Under the pieces are notes generated by a model. That model was not told where the DNA came from. It saw only the letters and a program-made list of their open reading frames with translations, and did no database searches. Shown here piece by piece: positions 19,341 through 28,063 of a stretch of DNA of 64,000 nucleotides (its first letter is position 1; each line of letters opens with the position of its first letter). This DNA comes from Oscillospiraceae bacterium (lineage in GTDB: Bacteria > Bacteroidota > Bacteroidia > Bacteroidales > WCHB1-69): assembly GCA_963620035.1 (NCBI GenBank), contig CAVEXN010000004.1:13979-77978 (forward strand). Direction: 5' to 3'. A program made the translations under genes and the position numbers.

Positions 19341-20123
19341 TTAAATAATATGTTTCTCTTTCAGTTTGTTGACGATAAGTTCGACGGCCTCGTCGGGACT
19401 CAATTCAAAGATTTCGCCGGGCTGTTTCTGCGGTTTGGCGAAGGACTTTTTCACGCGTGTGGGAGATCCGGAGAGACCGAGGCGTTTTTCGTCCACTTGA
19501 AGTTTGTCGGCGCTCCATACCTCGACTTCCTTGTCGTACGCTTCCATAATACCTTTCACGGTCATATAGCGGGGTTTCAAGGCTGAGGAGAGCACGGTGA
19601 GCACGCAAGGTGTATCCACTTCGAGGATCTGGTAACCCTCTTCGGTCTCTTTCGTCACGGTGCATCGTTTGTTGCCGTCGAACTCGAGGTTCATGGCATA
19701 GGTGACCTGCGGGAGGTCAAGGTGCTGGGCCAGAGACACCGGCGTCTGTGCCGTGTCGCCGTCGATGGCCTGACGGCCCGCAAGAATGAGGTCGTAGCCG
19801 ATCTCGCGGACTGCGCAAGACAACGCGTACGAAGTGGCCAGCGTGTCAGCGCCGGCGAATTTGCGGTCAGACAAAAGCACGGCACGGTCGGCGCCCATAG
19901 CGAAAGCCTCGCGGCAGATGACGTCTGCCTGGAGCGGACCCATCGTAAGGACGGTCACGTGTGCGCCGAACTTGTCTTTCAGTTGCAGCGCCATCTCGAG
20001 GGCTGCGGCATCGTCCGGGTTCAATATGCTGGGGACGCCTTCCCTGATCAGCGTGCCCTTGACAGGATCGATCTTGATGACATTAGTGTTGGGGACCTGT
20101 TTTATCGTTACTATAATATTCAT
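19341..20123 (-). CDS. etfB: electron transfer flavoprotein subunit beta
   Basis: Starts 'MNIIVTIKQVPNT' and contains 'LILAGRQAIDGDTAQT'. Start moved from 20222 to 20123. Confidence 0.92.
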   Translation of the reverse strand: MNIIVTIKQVPNTNVIKIDPVKGTLIREGVPSILNPDDAAALEMALQLKDKFGAHVTVLTMGPLQADVICREAFAMGADRAVLLSDRKFAGADTLATSYALSCAVREIGYDLILAGRQAIDGDTAQTPVSLAQHLDLPQVTYAMNLEFDGNKRCTVTKETEEGYQILEVDTPCVLTVLSSALKPRYMTVKGIMEAYDKEVEVWSADKLQVDEKRLGLSGSPTRVKKSFAKPQKQPGEIFELSPDEAVELIVNKLKEKHII

Positions 20124-20145
20124 AGTCTCTTGTGGTGTAAGTTTA

Positions 20146-21285
20146 TTATTTGAACAATTGTCCGGCAATGACCATTCTCTGGACCTCCGAAGTTCCCTCG
20201 TATATCTCCGTGATCTTGGCATCGCGCATCATGCGTTCTATTTCATACTCGCGGGTATAGCCGTAACCGCCGTGGAACTGGAGGCATTTTGTCGTAGTCT
20301 CCATAGCCGTGTCGGCGGCGAAGAGTTTAGCCATGGCTGCGTCCACGGAATAAGGGAGATGCATGTCTTTCTTCCATGCTGCTTTATAGACCAGCAGGCG
20401 TGCGGCCTCAATCTTGGCCTGAAGGTCGGCCATCTGGAACTGCGTGTTCTGGAAAGCGCTGATAGGCTTGCCGAACTGTTTTCTCTCTTTCGTGTATTTT
20501 ACGGTGACATCCATGGCGCCCTGGGCGATGCCGAGTGCCTGTGAAGCGATGCCGATACGGCCGCCGTCGAGGGTCATCATAGCAATCTTGAAACCTTTGC
20601 CCATTTCGCCCAACAGGTTCTCTTTTGGAATACGGCAGTTCTCGAATATCAGCTCGCAGGTGGCCGAACCGCGGATGCCCATCTTTTTCTCTTTCTTGCC
20701 GATAGAGAATCCGGGAGTGTCTTTCTCAACGATGAAGGCGGAGATGCCTCTGGTGCCTTGCGACTTGTCCGTCATGGCCATGACCACATAGACGTGGGCG
20801 TAGCCGGCGTTGGTGATGAAGATCTTGCTGCCGTTGAGCACCCATTCGTTGCCGTCGAGGACGGCCATGGTCTGCTGCATGGCGGCGTCGGTGCCGGCAT
20901 TGGGCTCCGTAAGGCCGAATGCGCCGATCCATTCTCCGGAGGCAAGCCTAGGCAGGTATTTCTTCTTCTGTTCCTCTGTGCCGAACTCCAGAATCGGGTT
21001 CATGCAGAGGGATGTGTGTGCGCTGACAATCACGCCGGTGGTGGCGCAAACTTTCGACAGCTCTTCCACTGCCTTGATGTACATTTGGTTGGTGCCGCCC
21101 TGTCCTCCGTATTCCAAGGGGATAGGAATGCCCATAATGCCTATGCGGGCCATCTTTTCGACAGTCTCGACGGGAAAGCGTTCCTGGTCATCGACTTCCG
21201 CGGCCAATGGCTGAACTTCTTCAGCAGCAAATTTGCGAATCATCTGCAGGAAGAGTTCTTCTCTTTTGTTCAAGCTAAAATCCAT
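20146..21285 (-). CDS. acyl-CoA dehydrogenase (short-chain/butyryl-CoA dehydrogenase-like)
   Basis: 379 aa. ACAD signatures 'GAFGLTEPNAGTD' and 'QFHGGYGYTREYEIERMMRDAKITEIYEGTSEVQ'. Sits immediately upstream of etfBA. Confidence 0.92.
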   Translation of the reverse strand: MDFSLNKREELFLQMIRKFAAEEVQPLAAEVDDQERFPVETVEKMARIGIMGIPIPLEYGGQGGTNQMYIKAVEELSKVCATTGVIVSAHTSLCMNPILEFGTEEQKKKYLPRLASGEWIGAFGLTEPNAGTDAAMQQTMAVLDGNEWVLNGSKIFITNAGYAHVYVVMAMTDKSQGTRGISAFIVEKDTPGFSIGKKEKKMGIRGSATCELIFENCRIPKENLLGEMGKGFKIAMMTLDGGRIGIASQALGIAQGAMDVTVKYTKERKQFGKPISAFQNTQFQMADLQAKIEAARLLVYKAAWKKDMHLPYSVDAAMAKLFAADTAMETTTKCLQFHGGYGYTREYEIERMMRDAKITEIYEGTSEVQRMVIAGQLFK

Positions 21286-21393
21286 ATTTAAATTAATTGT
21301 ATTGATATTGGTATTTCGTTAGTCCTGTGAGTTCAATTCGTCAGTAACGTGAGGTTCGCGAAGCAGGTTTGACCCCGGTTCCGCTCTGCAACT

Positions 21394-22062
21394 TCAGTCA
21401 AGTTGCATCGGCTTGAGGCCCGGAGAAACGGTGAAGTCTGCTTCGGTGGCGTTCCTTACGTCATCAACGGTGAACTCCGGGTGCAGTTCTGTGAGTTCCA
21501 GCCCATCAGGTGTCACCACCATCACGCACATTTCCGTGACGATCATGTTGACCTGTCCTTTTGCCGTCAGCGGCAGCGTGCATTTGTGAAGTATCTTGGG
21601 ATTCCCTTTCTGCGTATGTTCCATGGCCACGATGACCGTTTTCGCTCCGACCAGCAGGTCCATGGCGCCGCCCATGCCCGGGGTGAGCTTGCCGGGAATC
21701 ATCCAGTTGGCGATGTCGCCTTTCTCGTCAACCTGCATGGCACCCAAGACGGTAGCGTTCACGTGGCCGCCGCGGATGAGGGCGAAAGACTCGGCAGAAC
21801 TGAAAGAGGCTGCGCCGGGCTGTGCCGTGATGTAGCCGCCGCCGGAGTTGATGAGGTTTTCGTCTTCCCGGCCGGGTTCCGGCGTCGAGCCCATACCGAT
21901 CATGCCGTTCTCTGTCTGGAGAACCACATGCACGTCTTTAGGCAAATAGTCAGGCACCATTGTCGGAAGACCTATTCCCAAATTAACAATATCGCCGTCC
22001 TTGAGTTCTTTGGCAACTCTTTTGGCGATGATTTCACGCATTTGAGCTTTTTCCATAATCAA
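21394..22062 (-). CDS. class I CoA-transferase subunit B (3-oxoacid / acetate CoA-transferase beta)
   Basis: 222 aa. 'IVNLGIGLPT' and the catalytic-Glu motif 'LQTENGMIGMG'. No subunit A gene is adjacent. Confidence 0.85.
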   Translation of the reverse strand: MIMEKAQMREIIAKRVAKELKDGDIVNLGIGLPTMVPDYLPKDVHVVLQTENGMIGMGSTPEPGREDENLINSGGGYITAQPGAASFSSAESFALIRGGHVNATVLGAMQVDEKGDIANWMIPGKLTPGMGGAMDLLVGAKTVIVAMEHTQKGNPKILHKCTLPLTAKGQVNMIVTEMCVMVVTPDGLELTELHPEFTVDDVRNATEADFTVSPGLKPMQLD

Positions 22063-22122
22063 GTGTTTTTTATGTTATTCAATCATTTTGACCCTTTGCC
22101 CCTGCCTCGGGATAAAGGCGGG

Positions 22123-22130
22123 CAAAGATA
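22123..22130 (-). promoter_or_regulatory. candidate -7 promoter box (TAnnTTTG)
   Basis: The minus strand reads tatctttg, 61 nt upstream of the CoA-transferase B start. Confidence 0.4.
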
Positions 22131-22194
22131 TAAAAATATATTATGCTTATTACCCATAGGGAACAATTAAAAAAATATGTTCCGCAAATTTTGC

Positions 22195-22202
22195 TACTTT
22201 TG
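22195..22202 (+). promoter_or_regulatory. candidate -7 promoter box (TAnnTTTG)
   Basis: tacttttg, 71 nt upstream of glmM. Confidence 0.4.
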
Positions 22203-22272
22203 CAGCCTGATTGGAAAAACAGTTCCGCCGTTGGCGGCATAACGCACGAAACTTTGTACAAAACACGCTTTT

Positions 22273-23658
22273 ATGTCTCTTATAAAATCGATTTCGGGAA
22301 TTAGAGGAACCATCGGCGGGATGCAAGGGCAGAACCTCACCCCTGCTGACATTGTAGAACTGACCGCTGCTTTTGCGGCTTTTGTCCGGGAAACCACGCC
22401 GGAAAAGCCGCTCACGTTCGTGGTGGGCCGCGATGCGCGTGTCTCTGGCGATATGGTAAGCCGGCTGGTGTGCGGCACCCTTCAGGGCATGGGCGTAAAC
22501 GTCATCGACACGGGACTCTCCACCACCCCTACCACCGAGATGGCCGTGACGCGTCACCACGCCGACGGCGGCATTATCATCACTGCCTCCCACAACCCGA
22601 TGCAGTGGAATGCCCTGAAGCTGCTCAATTCAAAAGGTGAGTTCATCTCCGACGAAGAGGGACACTGGCTTCAGGAGATCGCCACCCGGCACGACTTCTC
22701 CTACGCCGAGGCAAACCGTTTGGGGCAATATATGTCCGACAGCCATGCCATAGATGAACACATCGATGCTGTGCTCGCACTGCCGCTTGTCAATGCGGAA
22801 GCCGTGTCCCGCGCCGGTTTCTCCGTCATTCTCGACACGGTGAACTCCACGGGCGCACTGGCACTGCCGCCTCTGCTCGAACGGCTTGGCGTGAAGGAGG
22901 TCACGGTTCTCAACGGCAACCCTACCGGCATCTTCGCACACAACCCAGAACCCCTCCCCGAGAACCTGCACGGCATCTCCGAGGCCATGTCCTCCGGCAG
23001 TTTCGACGTGGGCTTTGTCGTGGACCCCGACGTGGACCGTCTGGCCATTGTGAAACCCGGCGGTGAGATGTTCGGCGAGGAATATACGCTGGTGGCGGTG
23101 GCTGATTACATCCTGCAGCACACCCCCGGCAACACCGTCTCCAACCTCTCCTCCACCATGGCCTTGCGCGATGTGACTGCCCGCCACGGCGGTTCTTACA
23201 GCGCCTCGGCTGTCGGTGAGGTGAATGTGGTAGAGATGATGAAGGCCACCGGCGCCGTCATCGGCGGCGAGGGCAACGGAGGGGTCATCTATCCGGAACT
23301 GCATTACGGCAGGGACGCCTTGGTCGGCATAGCCCTTTTCCTCACCTATATGGCCGTTTCGGGCAAGAGCTGCAGCCAGATCCGCTCCCTCTACCCCGAC
23401 TACCGCATCTCCAAGAACAAAATACAGCTTTCAGACGACGTCAATGCCGCCGCTGTCCTCGACCGCATTTCCGAACGGTATGCCAAGTTCAACCCCAACC
23501 GGGCCGACGGCGTCAGGATCGACTTTGAAGACGGCTGGGTACATATCCGCACCTCCAACACAGAGCCCGTGCTGCGCATCTATGCCGAGGCCGTGACCGA
23601 ACGCAAGGCCGACAGTATGGCCGAGGAAGTCATGGGACATATTCGCGAAATGATATAG
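22273..23658 (+). CDS. glmM: phosphoglucosamine mutase
   Basis: 461 aa. 'SISGIRGTIGG' N-terminus, phosphoserine loop 'ITASHNP', and metal loop 'VVDPDVDR'. Confidence 0.92.
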   Translation: MSLIKSISGIRGTIGGMQGQNLTPADIVELTAAFAAFVRETTPEKPLTFVVGRDARVSGDMVSRLVCGTLQGMGVNVIDTGLSTTPTTEMAVTRHHADGGIIITASHNPMQWNALKLLNSKGEFISDEEGHWLQEIATRHDFSYAEANRLGQYMSDSHAIDEHIDAVLALPLVNAEAVSRAGFSVILDTVNSTGALALPPLLERLGVKEVTVLNGNPTGIFAHNPEPLPENLHGISEAMSSGSFDVGFVVDPDVDRLAIVKPGGEMFGEEYTLVAVADYILQHTPGNTVSNLSSTMALRDVTARHGGSYSASAVGEVNVVEMMKATGAVIGGEGNGGVIYPELHYGRDALVGIALFLTYMAVSGKSCSQIRSLYPDYRISKNKIQLSDDVNAAAVLDRISERYAKFNPNRADGVRIDFEDGWVHIRTSNTEPVLRIYAEAVTERKADSMAEEVMGHIREMI

Positions 23659-23668
23659 CCCCATTCCC

Positions 23669-25003
23669 ATGACGCGAAGAATATGTAGCCTTTTCTTAAC
23701 CTGCCTTTTTGGTGTGTCCGTATCGCTCAACGCACAGAGCCTGTGCCGACACAAGACCGCAGTTCCGATGACCGAAAAATACAACATCACCGTATTCACG
23801 GAAACGCCGGAAGGCGAGATGCTTTACCTGCGTGGCTTCTGCGGACACGAGAGCCGTCTGATGGATAGCGCGACTGTGAAGCACGGCAAGGCAGTGTTCA
23901 AAAGCAAAAAGCAAAAGCTGCCTTGCGGCGACTATCTGCTTGAACTGCACGACACCCTTCACCCCTATCCCGATGTCATCGCCGAGATTTTACTCAACAA
24001 GGATTCCAAGATTACCCTCAACCATACGCATCATGTTGATTCTGCCACCGGATTTATTGTCAATGACATTGAAATTCAAGACTCTGAAGAGAACCAACTG
24101 CTCTATTCCTTTAGGAACTCTATGATGAAGGTCTATACGCCCGACATCCGAAAAGTTTGCCGGGAATACCGCGACATCGCACCCAACAGTTTTGTGACCA
24201 AGTACATTACGGCGGCTTACGCCACACTGCAGACGAAAGATGATGCGTTACTGCGCCAGTCCCTTTACGACATGGACTTCAGCGAGCCGAGGCTGCTTCA
24301 TTCGCCCCTGCCCTTATACTCGCTCGTGCGTGACCGGATAGGCACTCTGTACGAGACTGGTCAAATCATCTCCTTTATGGACTCCATTCTGTCACGTTGC
24401 GGAAACGAGGCCGTGAAAGAGTATTTCCTGCAAGACTTCTTCCATATTATGGACGTTCACATCTCCATCTATGACCCCGTATTGGTACACCTTTACGACC
24501 GCTACGGCGACGACTGGATGGAGGAAGACCGCAAGCGCATCAACCGACGGAAAATCGAGCAGTTGCGAAAGATCAACCCCGGTGCGAAGATTCCGGAAAT
24601 AACCGCTTTTGACACGCTCGGAAATGAATATTCCACTGACGACATCCACACAAAATATACCGTGCTCTGGTTCTGGGACCCCGACTGCGACCACTGCAAG
24701 GCGGTAACCCCACAATTACACGACCTCTACCGCGAACATGCGGGAGACCTTGACTTCGAAGTGTTTGCCGTCGAGATAAACGACGACTACGAACGCTGGA
24801 AGCAATTCTCCGACGAGCATGGGCTCTGGGACTGGCTCAACCTGACCACAGCCAAAGGTGACCCGGCCGTTGACATCATCGAATATTTTGACATAATGGT
24901 GACACCGGCTTTGGTCCTGGTTGACAATTCTACCGGCCATACAATAATAGCAAGGCAGGTGACGTTAGACGTACTTAAATTTTTGCTTGAAAAAAACAGA
25001 TAG
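23669..25003 (+). CDS. secreted thioredoxin-fold protein (TlpA/DUF5106-like), paralog 1
   Basis: Signal peptide. The C-terminal redox motif 'WFWDPDCDHCK' has its CxxC at 24686-24697. Confidence 0.75.
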   Translation: MTRRICSLFLTCLFGVSVSLNAQSLCRHKTAVPMTEKYNITVFTETPEGEMLYLRGFCGHESRLMDSATVKHGKAVFKSKKQKLPCGDYLLELHDTLHPYPDVIAEILLNKDSKITLNHTHHVDSATGFIVNDIEIQDSEENQLLYSFRNSMMKVYTPDIRKVCREYRDIAPNSFVTKYITAAYATLQTKDDALLRQSLYDMDFSEPRLLHSPLPLYSLVRDRIGTLYETGQIISFMDSILSRCGNEAVKEYFLQDFFHIMDVHISIYDPVLVHLYDRYGDDWMEEDRKRINRRKIEQLRKINPGAKIPEITAFDTLGNEYSTDDIHTKYTVLWFWDPDCDHCKAVTPQLHDLYREHAGDLDFEVFAVEINDDYERWKQFSDEHGLWDWLNLTTAKGDPAVDIIEYFDIMVTPALVLVDNSTGHTIIARQVTLDVLKFLLEKNR

Positions 25004-25021
25004 TTGAAATACTTTATAACA

Positions 25022-26554
25022 ATGAAAAAGAATTACATATCTATCTTTTTGACTTTGACTTTCCTCGTTATGGCCGGAAGCCTTTCTGCGCAGAAAGGGA
25101 AAGCGGCCGTGCCGGAAACAACCTCTGCGAAAGGTCATGAAATCATCTTCAACATCAAGGATTCAAAGGACAAACTTGTCTATCTGGTCATCCATTACAA
25201 CGAGAAACTGATTCTGAAAGACTCTGTCACGCCCTCATCGCCCGGCCGTTTCGTGTTCAAGGGCAGCAATGCCTATGACGACGGTATGTACTCTCTGGTA
25301 TCGGGCGACAAGAAGCTGTACCTGAACTTCATCATTGACGGGAACCAGCACTTCGAGTACAATCTCGACACGACAGGCAACCTTGACAACTTTGTCATCC
25401 GCAATTCGCCGCAAAATGAAGAGATGCTCAAATTCCAGCGCAAGACCAGCCATGCCCAGCAGCAGGCGATGGAATGGTCCAAGAAGTTCAAGGTGTTTGA
25501 CACGGAGGGCGACACCGACAGCGCCGAGTTCTACAAGAACAAACTCAGGAACATCAACGACGAGATGCTGAAATTCATTGACGAGGAAATCATCGCCGCC
25601 CACCCCGACTATCTGTTTTCCAAGATGCAGAAGTCGTACAAGCAGATCGACATCCCGGAGATGAAGAAAGAAGACGGGAGCATGGACTACGAGTCGCAGG
25701 CCGCATACTACAGGTTTCACTATTGGGACAACTTTGACCTTGCAGATCACCGGTTCATCTATATCCCCTCCTTTGAGCCCAAGATGAAAGACTATTTCAC
25801 CAAACTGCTCTATCATCAGGAGTCAGACACCATCAACAAATACATCGACATCTTTCTGGGCAAGGTAGAACCGGACACGTTGATGTACCATTATTGCGTC
25901 GATTGGCTTTCTTACCAGTTTGAGACCAGCAAGGTCATAGGTCATGACGCCGTTTTCTGCCACATCGTTGAAAACAACCAGCTTCTCGGCAAATGCTACT
26001 GGATGGACGAAGACCTCATTGACAAATACCGCAAAAGGATAAACCGTCTGAAACCTATCCTTATCGGCAAGACCGCACCGGAACTCTTCATCCCCGACAC
26101 TACACTCACAGATGACGTGACGCGCTGGATCTCATCGTACAGCATGAAGAAACCCTACACCATCCTTTGGTTCTACGACCCCGACTGCCAGACCTGCAAA
26201 AAGGAGAGCAAGCATCTGCGCCACGTCTATGACTCTCTCGAGGCTGCCGGCACGCGCAATTTTGACGTGTATGCCATTGGCAACGATGCGGACATAGACC
26301 GTTGGAAGAAGTATGTGAAAGAGAACAATTACCCTTGGGTGAACGTAGGCGGCAACAAGGGCAACATCGACTATCTCGACTATTTCGGCATATACGAATC
26401 GGGCAATCCTACGATGTTCGTGCTTAATTCCAAGCATGAAATCATCCTGAACAAGCGCATTGACATGTCAAGCCTCCCCCAGTTCTTTGAGGAGTACGAG
26501 AAAATGGAGGAACGGCTTGCGAAACGCAATGCACAACGTCAAAACAGACAATAA
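25022..26554 (+). CDS. secreted thioredoxin-fold protein (TlpA/DUF5106-like), paralog 2
   Basis: Signal peptide after MKKNYISIF. The C-terminal 'WFYDPDCQTCK' has its CxxC at 26186-26197. Same architecture as the upstream gene. Start taken at the ATG at 25022 rather than the TTG at 25004. Confidence 0.75.
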   Translation: MKKNYISIFLTLTFLVMAGSLSAQKGKAAVPETTSAKGHEIIFNIKDSKDKLVYLVIHYNEKLILKDSVTPSSPGRFVFKGSNAYDDGMYSLVSGDKKLYLNFIIDGNQHFEYNLDTTGNLDNFVIRNSPQNEEMLKFQRKTSHAQQQAMEWSKKFKVFDTEGDTDSAEFYKNKLRNINDEMLKFIDEEIIAAHPDYLFSKMQKSYKQIDIPEMKKEDGSMDYESQAAYYRFHYWDNFDLADHRFIYIPSFEPKMKDYFTKLLYHQESDTINKYIDIFLGKVEPDTLMYHYCVDWLSYQFETSKVIGHDAVFCHIVENNQLLGKCYWMDEDLIDKYRKRINRLKPILIGKTAPELFIPDTTLTDDVTRWISSYSMKKPYTILWFYDPDCQTCKKESKHLRHVYDSLEAAGTRNFDVYAIGNDADIDRWKKYVKENNYPWVNVGGNKGNIDYLDYFGIYESGNPTMFVLNSKHEIILNKRIDMSSLPQFFEEYEKMEERLAKRNAQRQNRQ

Positions 26555-26591
26555 GTTAGAGTTACAAACAACCAATAATCACACAACAGAA

Positions 26592-27851
26592 ATGAAAGAT
26601 ATCTTTGAAAGAATCCACGAAAGTAACGGAGGTCCTCTGGGACAGTACCAGAAGTATGCCGACGGTTATTTCCAATTCCCGAAACTGGAAGGCGAAATCG
26701 GCCCTCATATGATTTTCAACGGCAAAGAGGTCCTGAACTGGAGTCTGAACAACTATCTCGGCCTCGCCAATATGCCCGAGGTGCGCGAAGCAGATGCTGA
26801 AGGTGCCCGTCAGTTCGGCATGGCAGCCCCTATGGGCGCCAGGATGATGTCCGGCGACACCAAATATCACATCAGACTTGAGCAGGACCTGGCGGATTTT
26901 GTAGGCAAACCCGCCGGATACCTGGTGAACTTCGGCTATCAGGCTATGATTTCCATCATTGATGTGCTGACCACGCGCCGTGATGTCATCGTGTATGACT
27001 CCGAGTCTCATGCCTGCATCATTGACGGTCTTCGTCTGAGCTGGGCAAAGCGCTATGTCTATCGTCACAACGATATGGACAGCCTACGCGAGCAGTTGAA
27101 GGTGGCCACGGCATTGGCCGACAAGCAAGGTGGCGGCGTGCTGGTAATCACGGAAGGCGTGTTCGGCATGGCCGGAGACCTCGGTGACTTGGCCGGCATC
27201 TGCGCCCTCAAGAAAGAGTTCCCATTCCGCCTCCTCATTGACGATGCGCACGGCTTCGGCACTATGGGGCCGAAAGGCAACGGTACGGCCGCCCACTATG
27301 ACGTCATCGACGGGGTAGATGTCTATTTTGCCACTTTCGCCAAGAGCATGGCCGGCATCGGCGCCTTCGTGGCTTCCGAAAGAGGCATCGTTGACCATCT
27401 CCGTTTCAACATGCGTTCACAGATATTCGCAAAGTCGCTGCCTATGCCGATGGTCATCGGAGCCATGAAGCGTCTGGAACTCATCAAGACACGCCCGGAA
27501 ATCCGCGAGAAACTGTGGTCTATCGCCCATTCGCTGCAAGAAGGCCTCCGCGCAGAAGGCTTCGATCTGGGCCGTACTATGTCTCCCGTGACGCCGGTTT
27601 ACCTCAAAGGCGGCACCAACGAAGCCACAAACCTTGTGGTAGACCTCCGCGAGAACCATGGCATCTTCTGCTCTATCGTGGTTTACCCCGTGGTGCCCAA
27701 GGACGTCATCATGCTACGTGTCATCCCGACCGCAGCCCACACAATGGAGGATGTCAACTATACGATTGAACATTTCAGACAGATAAAGGGCAAACTTGCT
27801 GCCGGCGAGTACAACAAGCCCATTCCTAATATGAACCTCATCAACCGTTAA
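26592..27851 (+). CDS. alpha-oxoamine synthase family PLP enzyme (AONS/KBL/serine palmitoyltransferase/cysteate-acyltransferase-like)
   Basis: 419 aa from MKDIFERIH. 'NNYLGLA', 'DDAHGFG' and the PLP-lysine motif 'FATFAKSMAG'. The ORF-track N-terminal extension is rejected because it overlaps the previous gene. Confidence 0.88.
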   Translation: MKDIFERIHESNGGPLGQYQKYADGYFQFPKLEGEIGPHMIFNGKEVLNWSLNNYLGLANMPEVREADAEGARQFGMAAPMGARMMSGDTKYHIRLEQDLADFVGKPAGYLVNFGYQAMISIIDVLTTRRDVIVYDSESHACIIDGLRLSWAKRYVYRHNDMDSLREQLKVATALADKQGGGVLVITEGVFGMAGDLGDLAGICALKKEFPFRLLIDDAHGFGTMGPKGNGTAAHYDVIDGVDVYFATFAKSMAGIGAFVASERGIVDHLRFNMRSQIFAKSLPMPMVIGAMKRLELIKTRPEIREKLWSIAHSLQEGLRAEGFDLGRTMSPVTPVYLKGGTNEATNLVVDLRENHGIFCSIVVYPVVPKDVIMLRVIPTAAHTMEDVNYTIEHFRQIKGKLAAGEYNKPIPNMNLINR

Positions 27852-27916
27852 AGATTCGGCATTTACGGCAGTTTCCGTGCCGAAACATACCTCTTGCGTC
27901 ACGCCTTGACTGTCAT

Positions 27917-27963
27917 GATGGCTTCCCGCCAGCTGTCAATCGCCGGGAAGCCATCCTTTTTTT
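27917..27963 (+). terminator. intrinsic terminator
   Basis: Perfect 12-bp stem gatggcttcccg / cgggaagccatc followed by a T7 run. It is preceded by a second hairpin at 27855-27884. Confidence 0.75.
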
Positions 27964-27996
27964 GCCCTTCCGTTTGCGGTTTTCTAAAAGATATGC

Positions 27997-28004
27997 TATC
28001 TTTG
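27997..28004 (+). promoter_or_regulatory. candidate -7 promoter box (TAnnTTTG)
   Basis: tatctttg, 60 nt upstream of the 28064 start. Confidence 0.45.
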
Positions 28005-28063
28005 CCGCATATTTTTTTCCCTTGTTGTCGTAAGAAAAACGTACCAAAACATTTTAAGAGTAT

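Noticed and set aside
22094-22127. Imperfect hairpin ctttgcccctgcc...aggcgggcaaag between the CoA-transferase gene and glmM, considered as a terminator.
   Set aside because: It lies between divergent gene starts, not 3' ends. It needs a 2-nt bulge, has no U-tract, and its right arm overlaps the candidate -7 box for the CoA-transferase gene.
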